DNA from: a bacterium
Lineage (GTDB): Bacteria > SAR324 > NAC60-12
NCBI GenBank assembly: GCA_965209155.1
Contig: OZ242383.1
Location: forward strand, 896,001 to 960,000
Reading direction: 5' to 3'
DNA: 64,000 nt
Part shown: positions 1 to 8,571 of the stretch, piece after piece
Numbering within the stretch: the stretch's first letter is position 1
Layout of the letters: each line of letters starts with the position of its first letter
Translations under genes and position numbers: made by a program
Notes under the pieces: model-generated
Database searches by the model: none
The model's input: the letters and a program-made list of their open reading frames with translations, nothing else
What the model was told of the DNA's origin: nothing

Positions 1-1648
1 CGGCAGCGCGCGAAAAAGTGGAATGGCCTGAAATATATCCGGCGAAGGGAGGTGTCACAAAAGTAGGTCTTTGGTAGGGCCACCAGTTCTCCGCCAGTAT
101 CCAACCCACTCCCGCCAAGTCCGTTTCCGGATTCTCGATATGCGCCGGACCGCGCCAGGCGTATAACTTGATCTCGTTTACGTGTTCTCCTTGCTCTCCT
201 GCCAGAGGGTCTCCTTCCTCAACCAGTTCAACGTAACCATCGACTAAAGGAATGCCACCAGGATGATATCGTGGGAGATTCGGATCCGTACTTTGTCCAT
301 ACTCAGCCATCGCCCGAATTGCAGAAATAGGTCGTACGTAGTCGTACCAACCTTTTATTCCCCATGCCGCAACAGCTGCATCATGAACGGCTCCTCCCAT
401 GGTAAAATATGATTTCACGTCCCATTGCAGGTTATCAAGACGCGGACCCAGTCCCCGGAATCTTTTTTCGAACAGGGGGTGATCGTTGACATAGTTCAGG
501 ATAGTAAACCAGTGTCCTGGTGGGGTTTCGGAATCAGGGCCGTCGGCCCAAAATTCGGCAAGTGCCCTGGCATAGTCTGCTCGTGGGACCCACTGCGCTT
601 CATAAGGCTTCCCGGTATGAGGATTGGTCGTGTGCCCTTGGCCAGGATCGCCGCCTTCCAGCAAGTCATAAAATTCGCGATACTCTTCACTTAGCAGAGG
701 AAACTTCTGAACGTTTCCTATGGATGATGGCGAGATATCCCACATGACGCCGTCGGCAGGGTCGAGGTGAGCGGACCAGATCGCAACTAAAACAAAACCC
801 CATTTATAATCGTCGTTGAGTTCGGCATTCTTACTGAAGTCCAGGTAAGGAGGTGGCCCGGGATCATGATAGACCCAATATTGATTGCCGTCACGCTCGT
901 GAAAAGAAAGGTCTGCTTTATCGAGGGCGAATGCGGAAACTTCACCCCATTCCGGACTGACGAATGAAGGGGCGGCACCCGGAAATTCATTTCCGGACTG
1001 ATCAATAAATACGTCGAAGCGTAAAGGTTGCCAGCGGTTTGGATCCAGAATATCCGGATTACCAGATGCCATCAGGTCCAATGGGGGATTCACAGGCTTG
1101 TAGTTTTTATTTTCATACTGGTTCCGCTCGTTGGCACCGTCTTGTAAGCCAAAATTTATCAAACACCGGGCGATGTAGTTACCTAATGTCGCGGGAGAAC
1201 CCGACGTGTAATCAGTGCCGGTGATTGTTTTGTCATATCCTAACTCTTCAAGTAAGGCGTCGATTCGCGCAAGAGAAATTCTCGCTCCCGGTGAAACCCG
1301 GAAACGTTCACGAATTATACGATACATGGCATAACTGATGGCTTCCTCTCGAGCTTGGTGTTTGTTTCTTGGGATGTTCACACCCTCAAATGGGCAAGTA
1401 AAATTTCCGACTGTTTTTCCCAGCAAGTAGGTTTCAGCAGTCTCGTCGTAGGCAGCCCAGGCATCGTACATCGCTATGGAAGTGTGGAAAAGATTCCGAG
1501 CATGAACCGTAGGACGGGCGTAATCCGTGCGGATCGCGCTCAACAGCGCTTCATTCCAGAGTCGAGCCACAGAGGGTTGATCCTGTTCGTTTAAAAGTAA
1601 ATAAGACATCGAGATCAACGACAACAGCATCAAATACGTCCAACTCAT
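1..1648 (-). CDS. Vanadium-dependent haloperoxidase-like protein (PAP2 superfamily), 3' end outside window
   Basis: Translated by hand. ATG at 1648 has AAGGAG upstream; protein begins MSWTYLMLLSLISM...SVARLWNEALLSAIR...PTVHARNLFH. Near the window edge the same frame gives KGWYDYVRP and TPPFAGYISGHSTFSRAA (K-x6-RP and SGH vanadate/phosphate motifs). Missing from the ORF track because there is no stop inside the window. Confidence 0.85.
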   Translation of the reverse strand, partial: MSWTYLMLLSLISMSYLLLNEQDQPSVARLWNEALLSAIRTDYARPTVHARNLFHTSIAMYDAWAAYDETAETYLLGKTVGNFTCPFEGVNIPRNKHQAREEAISYAMYRIIRERFRVSPGARISLARIDALLEELGYDKTITGTDYTSGSPATLGNYIARCLINFGLQDGANERNQYENKNYKPVNPPLDLMASGNPDILDPNRWQPLRFDVFIDQSGNEFPGAAPSFVSPEWGEVSAFALDKADLSFHERDGNQYWVYHDPGPPPYLDFSKNAELNDDYKWGFVLVAIWSAHLDPADGVMWDISPSSIGNVQKFPLLSEEYREFYDLLEGGDPGQGHTTNPHTGKPYEAQWVPRADYARALAEFWADGPDSETPPGHWFTILNYVNDHPLFEKRFRGLGPRLDNLQWDVKSYFTMGGAVHDAAVAAWGIKGWYDYVRPISAIRAMAEYGQSTDPNLPRYHPGGIPLVDGYVELVEEGDPLAGEQGEHVNEIKLYAWRGPAHIENPETDLAGVGWILAENWWPYQRPTFVTPPFAGYISGHSTFSRAA

Positions 1649-2274
1649 TCAACTCCTTAAATATATTTAATTTTCTGGGGAACATTGCTCAGAGCGCTTG
1701 TTGCCACCATTTCTTGATTACGTGTCATAATTTCACCAATCTTTACTCATCGTCCGCAATTTCATAAAATCACAACACTTCTCATATTGCAAGAAATTGC
1801 AAATGTGGGAATATCTCTGTTTTGTGTCTTTATTTGAGGATGAAGTTGAATAAGCAATTAATTTGACTGATGTTACGGGCACACTATTTGCTCAGAATGA
1901 ATTTTTCAAGTAAGAGGTGCATTGATGGCCTGTAACCCTTGAAGAAGCTTTCAGAGCATTCATGTATAATCTTGCCTTGATGGAGAAATGGTTCAAAGAT
2001 TTTTTCATTTTTAGATGTTCAAGTTTAACAAATCCTGTTAAAAACAATGGTGATTGGTTCATGACTCAAACAACCATCCACTATAGACGACAAACACGTC
2101 CCCGTCGCTTGGGAAAAAGGACTGATCAAATTTTTTAAAAAGTACTTGATATAGCCTAATTAAGGCGAAAACATTAGGGAACAATTAGTTCTTAATCCCG
2201 GATTCAGTGAAGATAAATTACTAAATCTGCGTTGAACACTTTGTTGTTCCACACTCTAACGTGGAGAGGTATGT

Positions 2275-3246
2275 ATGGCACTTGACCGTGCGACGAAACA
2301 GTTCATTCAATCGATAGCCGACCTTGACGCCAAACCGCTACAAGAGATGACCCCTGAAGAAGCGCGTACCTTTGTCAGATCTTTGCACGAAATGGCCGGA
2401 CCCGCGCCGTCGATGGCCCGGGTCGAGGAGCACACGCTTGAACAGGAGGGCGGAAACGTCGGTCTCCGGGTGCTTGTCCCGATCGATCCTCCTGCAGGTG
2501 TGATCGTTTACTACCACGGCGGGGGTTGGGTGATCGGATCGATCGACGAGTTCGATACAATGGCGCGCAAGCTCGCGGAGCGAACGTCGTGCGCCGTGGT
2601 GCTGGTCGAATACCGGCTGGCACCTGAACACCGTTACCCGGTCGCTGTCGACGACTCGTATGCTGCACTGGAATGGACTGCCGCCCATCTAGAGGAAATT
2701 GCCGGAGGCGAAGTGCCGCTGTTCGTAGCTGGCGATAGCGCTGGAGGAAACCTCAGCGCCGTGGTTGCGGTCCGCGCGCGCGACCGCAATGGCCCCGAGA
2801 TCGCACTGCAGATCCTTATCTATCCCGTCACCGACGCGAACTTCGACCGGCCCTCGTATACGAATCCCGAAAACGCGTTGCTGCTGACCAGGGAGGGCAT
2901 GATCTGGTTCTGGGACCACTATGTGCCCGACCCCGCACAGCGCAGCGAACCCGGTGCCTCCCCTTTGCAGACGCCGGATTTTTCAGGTCTGCCACCTGCT
3001 GTGATTCTGACGGCGGAATACGACGTGTTACGTGACGAAGGTGAAGCATATGCGGAGCGACTCGCCGACGCGGGCGTGCAGGTCGACCTGCATCGCTACA
3101 AGGGACAGATCCATGGCTTCTTCATGCTACAGATGCTGCCGGGCAGTGAACTTGGATATCAACAATTCGTGAAAGCGATCCGAGCGCACATCGTGCGCCG
3201 ACAACGACCAATTGCCACTCAGACAACATCCACCCAGTGCGTTTGA
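2275..3246 (+). CDS. Alpha/beta hydrolase, hormone-sensitive lipase family esterase/lactonase
   Basis: HGGGW oxyanion motif, GDSAG nucleophile, YDVLRDEG and HGF; RBS GGAGAGG. Confidence 0.93.
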   Translation: MALDRATKQFIQSIADLDAKPLQEMTPEEARTFVRSLHEMAGPAPSMARVEEHTLEQEGGNVGLRVLVPIDPPAGVIVYYHGGGWVIGSIDEFDTMARKLAERTSCAVVLVEYRLAPEHRYPVAVDDSYAALEWTAAHLEEIAGGEVPLFVAGDSAGGNLSAVVAVRARDRNGPEIALQILIYPVTDANFDRPSYTNPENALLLTREGMIWFWDHYVPDPAQRSEPGASPLQTPDFSGLPPAVILTAEYDVLRDEGEAYAERLADAGVQVDLHRYKGQIHGFFMLQMLPGSELGYQQFVKAIRAHIVRRQRPIATQTTSTQCV

Positions 3247-3275
3247 ACGGATCAGAGAGAAAGGAAAAAAGGAAG

Positions 3276-4916
3276 ATGTCAAACCACACCAACCGTGCGC
3301 ACTTCGACGCTGTCGTGATCGGCGCCGGATTTTCGGGACTTTACATGCTCCACCGCCTGCGCGATAAGCTGGGCCTGTCGACACAGGTCTACGAGGCGGG
3401 CGACGGTGTCGGCGGCACCTGGTACTGGAACCGCTACCCCGGCGCACGCGTCGATTCTGAGAGCTACGCCTATTGTTATTCATTCGACGAGGACCTGCTG
3501 CAGGAATGGAACTGGAGCGGCAAGTTCCCCGTACAGCCCGAGGTCCTGGCATACCTCAACCACGTTGCCGATCGATATGACCTGCGCCACTATATCCAGT
3601 TCAACACGCGTGTTACCGCCGCCCATTTCAACGAGTCAGTCGGCCACTGGGAAGTCGAAACCGACCAGGGCGATCGGGTTTCGGCGCACTACCTGATCAC
3701 AGCGATCGGCTGTATCTCAACCGGTCAGATCCCGAATATCCCAGGTCTCGATAGCTTCACGGGCAAGTGGTACCACACCGGTGACTGGCCCCACGATGGG
3801 GTTGACTTTAAAGACAAGCGGGTCGGCGTGATCGGCACAGGCTCTAGCGGTGTACAGGCAATTCCGGTCATCGCCAGGGAAGCCGGGCACCTGACGGTCT
3901 TCCAGCGTACGGCCCAGTTCTCGGTGCCGGCGCGTCACCACACCGTCGATCAAAAATTCCTGGCGCAAGTGAAGGCCAACTACGCTGAGATCTGGAAAAA
4001 GTGCAAGAGCAACAAAAGCGGTCATCCCTACGACGATCCGGTGCGATCAGCGCTCGAGGTGAGCGACGTGGAACGCCGGGCAACTTACGAATCCGCTTGG
4101 GCCGAAGGTGCCTACCGCTTCCTGTTTTCTTACAGGGATATCATACGCGACCTGCGCGCGAACAGCACGGCTTCCGAGTTCATCCGCTCCAAGATTCGTG
4201 AGATCGTGAAGGACCGGGAAACCGCTGAAAAGCTAATTCCCAGAGACCATCCCTACTCTTCGAAGCGGGCTTTGATCGACACCGATTATTTTGAAACCTA
4301 CAACCGCGACAACGTCGACCTGGTGGACATCCGCCACTTCCCGATCGAAAAAATCACACCGGCAGGGATCTTCACCGCGGACGGCCAGGAACATGAACTC
4401 GACATCATCGTCTTCGCCACCGGTTACGACGCAATGACAGGCAGCTTTTTGAAAATGGACGTCCGCGGCCGCGGCGGTCTCGCATTGAAAGAGAAATGGA
4501 GCGAGGGTCCCAAGACCTATCTCGGCGTGGCAATCGCCGGCTTCCCGAACCTGTTTATGATCACCGGACCGGGAAGCCCCTCGGTGCTGTCCAACATGCC
4601 GGTGGCGATCGAACAGCACGTCGAATGGATCTCCGGCTTCGTCGAGTACTTGGGCCAACACGCGATCGGCGAAGTCGACGTGGACCCGGACGCCGAGGCT
4701 GAGTGGGTGGCTCACGTGAACGAACTCGCTGAACGGACGTTGTTCTTGCTGGCCGATTCGTGGTACCTCGGGGCGAACATCCCCGGTAAACCGCGTGTGT
4801 TCATGCCCTACTCCGGCGGCATGGTAACTTACCGGGATCACTGCGAGGCGATCGCTGCCGACGGTTACCCCGGCTTTGCCATGAACAAATCATCAATCAA
4901 ACCGACGCTTATTTGA
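3276..4916 (+). CDS. Type I Baeyer-Villiger monooxygenase (cyclohexanone monooxygenase-like)
   Basis: GAGFSG, GGTWYWNRYPG, fingerprint FTGKWYHTGDWP, GTGSSG, ATGY; start moved to the ATG at 3276. Confidence 0.95.
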   Translation: MSNHTNRAHFDAVVIGAGFSGLYMLHRLRDKLGLSTQVYEAGDGVGGTWYWNRYPGARVDSESYAYCYSFDEDLLQEWNWSGKFPVQPEVLAYLNHVADRYDLRHYIQFNTRVTAAHFNESVGHWEVETDQGDRVSAHYLITAIGCISTGQIPNIPGLDSFTGKWYHTGDWPHDGVDFKDKRVGVIGTGSSGVQAIPVIAREAGHLTVFQRTAQFSVPARHHTVDQKFLAQVKANYAEIWKKCKSNKSGHPYDDPVRSALEVSDVERRATYESAWAEGAYRFLFSYRDIIRDLRANSTASEFIRSKIREIVKDRETAEKLIPRDHPYSSKRALIDTDYFETYNRDNVDLVDIRHFPIEKITPAGIFTADGQEHELDIIVFATGYDAMTGSFLKMDVRGRGGLALKEKWSEGPKTYLGVAIAGFPNLFMITGPGSPSVLSNMPVAIEQHVEWISGFVEYLGQHAIGEVDVDPDAEAEWVAHVNELAERTLFLLADSWYLGANIPGKPRVFMPYSGGMVTYRDHCEAIAADGYPGFAMNKSSIKPTLI

Positions 4917-4976
4917 CAAGGGAAAGGGGGCACCTGAATTGAAAGTGCGCACTAATTCATGCGCATGCCCAAACTT

Positions 4977-5945
4977 TTAGTCAAACTGGCCTTTAGGAAT
5001 CATTTTCCATTTCTCCGGATCGGGACCTGCCGCAGCATAAGGGTAAACTTGGGTCTGTCCCAGCAGTTGGAGAAAACGGGTGTTGTTGGCCTGACGTTCG
5101 AGAATTTCATCGGGGACCGCCTCCCCCCACGTCTCTTGAGTCTGGATGTGCTGTCGACAGAAGTACACCGCAAGATTCATACGAATCCCGGGAACTTGAC
5201 GCCGATACGACCCATGCCAGGTATTGCCATGCCACACGGTGCAATCGCCCGGGGCCATATTGACCGGAACGGCATTGGGATTGCCATGATCCCCTCCAAG
5301 CTGTATTTCATCCCCATGCGGTTTGCGGCACAGCCGGTGGCTGCCGGGTACCACGGCTAAGGCCCCCGCCTCTTCACTATAGGGGGTGAGCGCGTAGTTC
5401 ACATTGGCCACCTGGGAGATCATGCAAAAGGGGGATGGTTGGCCATTGCCATTATCAGAATGCAGTGGGACTGGATTGCCCCTCATGCCTTTGAAGTGGC
5501 AGGTCAAGCTGGAGAGCTTACAACTGCGACCCAAAAGGTAATAAATCAGAGCCAGAGGTTTGGGGGCTTGGATGATGGATTCAAACACGGGGTCTTCAAA
5601 CAGTAGATAAAACACCACATTCGTGTCACTCCAAAGGGGGTCGGTTTCGTTGTCGAGATCCACTTTTTTTCCAGTGATATCCTCTTTGATCCGAATAATC
5701 GTCTCCCTGGCCCGTTTCAGTTGGTCGGGGGGGATGGCCTCTTTGATGGTGGTGTACCCTTGGACTTCCAATTCAGCCAGGTGGCTCTCTAAACCCAATT
5801 CGTGAATCTCCGAGACTGTTTGCTCCAAAGCGGCTTTGTCCGGATTATCAAACAACGACCCGGAAGGTAAGCTGATCTGCTGTATGTGTGTGCGGTTGCT
5901 TTGTCTGCCCATCTGGGCTTTTTCGTTCAATGTTGTTTCAGTCAT
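4977..5945 (-). CDS. Phytanoyl-CoA dioxygenase (PhyH) family Fe(II)/2-oxoglutarate dioxygenase
   Basis: HxD (LHSD), VVPGSH, WHGNTWHGS...R; ATG at 5945 preceded by AGGAG. Confidence 0.88.
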   Translation of the reverse strand: MTETTLNEKAQMGRQSNRTHIQQISLPSGSLFDNPDKAALEQTVSEIHELGLESHLAELEVQGYTTIKEAIPPDQLKRARETIIRIKEDITGKKVDLDNETDPLWSDTNVVFYLLFEDPVFESIIQAPKPLALIYYLLGRSCKLSSLTCHFKGMRGNPVPLHSDNGNGQPSPFCMISQVANVNYALTPYSEEAGALAVVPGSHRLCRKPHGDEIQLGGDHGNPNAVPVNMAPGDCTVWHGNTWHGSYRRQVPGIRMNLAVYFCRQHIQTQETWGEAVPDEILERQANNTRFLQLLGQTQVYPYAAAGPDPEKWKMIPKGQFD

Positions 5946-6496
5946 GATTCTCTCCTTCTGTGTATAAGTAATTGCCAAAATACCAGAGTTGTAAACATGT
6001 TGTCTCTTCCAAATGTTCAGTGAACCTCATTCCTTGATCCGATGCCGGTAGGCAGGGGTTAAGGTCTTCAGTTTCCACAAAATTCCATCAAATTATACTT
6101 GAATGAAATAATAAATTCATCAATAAATAACCTCTTATTCAAAAAGGAATAGAACGTGTCTGTGACGGCCGAGGCCAACCCGAGTCGAGCAAGACAAGCG
6201 ATCAAGGCTGAAAAGCGCTATCTCGTTTTGAATAGTAATGAAATGAGAATTATACCCATTGACTTTTCAGTGTTGATAGGTGCATATTGGACAGTGCAAT
6301 GGAATGGACATGGCGGGTGCCGTTATTAGTTCCCCCCTATCCTCATATTTTATTTCATTTTTCAAAAGCAAATCACCCAAGCTGTGATGTCTTCCGGATT
6401 TGGAGGCCGATAGTTGGTAGAGAACTTTAGAGGAGTTTCTATGACAGGGACACTGGAACAGCATGCCATTCCCGCTTTCTCTTACCAGGAGGACTT

Positions 6497-8506
6497 ATGA
6501 GTCACAAACCGAAAGAGCGCCAGACACAACCCGCCAACCATATCGTCAGGGAAAACCGTCTGCCGGGTCATCCCTCGACCGAGTGGGACATCAACGGCTG
6601 GGGCGATCCGACGATTCAGGGTTTCGGTCACGACATCAGCATCAACCGTGGCGAGACGATCTTTTTCAAGATCAAAACCGACTCGGACGACTACCGCATC
6701 GACATCTATCGCATGGGCTATTACAGTGGCATGGGCGCGCGTCTCGTCGACACCCTTGAGCCGTGCGTCGATCTGCCGCAAACGCAACCCGAGGGCTTGC
6801 GAGATCCGGCCACGCACCTGTACGACTGCGGCAACTGGTCGGTTTCGGCATTTTGGCAAGCGCCGCAGGATGCGACATCCGGGATTTATTTCGCACGGCT
6901 GGTCCGGCAGGATTCCGCAGGTGAAAGCTGGCGTGCGGACAACAGCCGGGCAGAACCCGCGCAAGCGCCTGCCCCTGCGCCACATGCTTATGGCGCGCTG
7001 GGATACGGCCGACTGGCAAACGCGCTGCGCGAGCCCCGCGCAAGTCACATCTACTTCGTTGTACGAGACGACGACAGCCACTCCGACATCCTGTTCCAAA
7101 CCTCTGACACCACCTGGCAGGCCTACAACCGCTACGGTGGACACTGCACCTACGGCCACTTCAATTCGGAGTACCCCCGTTACCTTGGAGACAAACCACG
7201 CGCGTACAAGGTGAGCTACAATCGCCCTCTCGATACGCGCCATTTTCGCGCCGTCAACACGGTGTTCCACGCCGAGTATCCCTGCGTGCGCTTTCTCGAG
7301 GCCAATGGCTACGATGTCAGCTATTTTACCGGAGTCGACAGCGACCGGCGTGGTGAGCGGATTTTGCGGCACCGGTTGTTTCTTTCGGTCGGTCACGACG
7401 AGTATTGGTCGTTGAACCAACGGCGTCACGTCGAAGACGCGCGTGACGCTGGTGTCAACCTGGCCTTCTTCAGCGGCAACGAAGTGTTTTGGAAGACGCG
7501 CTGGGAGTCCGACATCGAGGGCTCCGGCGGCGATCACCGCACCTTGGTCACGTACAAAGAAACCCATGACAATGCCAAGATCGACCCGCTCGCCGAGGTC
7601 TGGACCGGGACCTGGCGCGATGACCGGCCCTTCAACCCGGAAGGGCCGCAGCCGGAAAACGCGCTGACCGGGACCATCTTCACGGTCAACGCTTGGAGAA
7701 ACGACCCACTTATCGTGCCGGCCGACTACGCACCCCTGCGGTTTTGGCGCAACACGGCAGTAGCCAGGCTCAAATCCGGTGAGAAAGCAGTCCTGCTCAA
7801 GGGGCTGCTCGGACACGAGTGGGACGAAGATCTGGACAACGGCTTCCGTCCGCCCGGTTTGTTTCGTCTGTCCGAGACCACCATCAACAACCTGCCCTAC
7901 CTTCAAGACCACGGCTCGGTGTACGACTCCGGCACGGCGACCCACCACTTGACGTTGTATCGGCATAAAAGCGGCGCGTTGGTGTTCGGTGCCGGTACGG
8001 TGCAATGGGCTTGGGGTTTGGATGCGCACCACGATAACGATACCGGGGTTCCGGCGGAGCGCGCCAACGGCAACTCCACCCGGGTTGGCGTCGACCTGAA
8101 TGGCCCCGACCCAAATGTCCGGCAAGCCACCGTGAACCTTTTGGCGGACATGGGAGTGCAACCGGTGATGCTGCAGAAAGACCTCGAAGCGGCGACTGCC
8201 TCCACCGACACCGAACCCCCGATCTCGAAGATTCAACATCCCACCGACGGCGCGAAGGTCGCGCTCGGTGAGGTGACGATTCGCGGTACGGCGTGGGATG
8301 CCGGGGAAGGACAAGTAGCTGCCGTCGAAGTGTCGACCGACGATGGCGCCACCTGGCACCCAGCGTTCGGGCGCGAAAGCTGGAGCTACCGCTGGCTGGC
8401 CCAAGAAGCGGGACAGGTCACCCTCTTGAGCCGCGCCGTGGACGACAGTGGTAACCTGGAACGACCGTCAGCGAGTGTACGAGTGATCGTCGGTCCAGCG
8501 ACCTGA
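6497..8506 (+). CDS. N,N-dimethylformamidase beta-subunit family protein with C-terminal Ig-like domain
   Basis: IYRMGYY, TWQAYNRYGG, VSYNRP, SVGHDEYWS, GVNLAFFSGNEVFWK; C-terminal VEVSTDDGATW...RAVDDSGNLE; RBS AGGAGG. Confidence 0.82.
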   Translation: MSHKPKERQTQPANHIVRENRLPGHPSTEWDINGWGDPTIQGFGHDISINRGETIFFKIKTDSDDYRIDIYRMGYYSGMGARLVDTLEPCVDLPQTQPEGLRDPATHLYDCGNWSVSAFWQAPQDATSGIYFARLVRQDSAGESWRADNSRAEPAQAPAPAPHAYGALGYGRLANALREPRASHIYFVVRDDDSHSDILFQTSDTTWQAYNRYGGHCTYGHFNSEYPRYLGDKPRAYKVSYNRPLDTRHFRAVNTVFHAEYPCVRFLEANGYDVSYFTGVDSDRRGERILRHRLFLSVGHDEYWSLNQRRHVEDARDAGVNLAFFSGNEVFWKTRWESDIEGSGGDHRTLVTYKETHDNAKIDPLAEVWTGTWRDDRPFNPEGPQPENALTGTIFTVNAWRNDPLIVPADYAPLRFWRNTAVARLKSGEKAVLLKGLLGHEWDEDLDNGFRPPGLFRLSETTINNLPYLQDHGSVYDSGTATHHLTLYRHKSGALVFGAGTVQWAWGLDAHHDNDTGVPAERANGNSTRVGVDLNGPDPNVRQATVNLLADMGVQPVMLQKDLEAATASTDTEPPISKIQHPTDGAKVALGEVTIRGTAWDAGEGQVAAVEVSTDDGATWHPAFGRESWSYRWLAQEAGQVTLLSRAVDDSGNLERPSASVRVIVGPAT

Positions 8507-8571
8507 TGGGGATAAAGAAAATTTTGATTTTGCCTTGATTTTCAATATGGATTTGTATCTATTTAACGGAA

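Noticed and set aside
425..1594. Several short ORFs on both strands
   Set aside because: All overlap the haloperoxidase-like frame
6150..6230. attC-like site
   Set aside because: No matching GTT core or integrase seen
6482..8404. 640-aa antisense ORF
   Set aside because: Shadow of the GC-rich DMFase-like gene; no motifs or RBS
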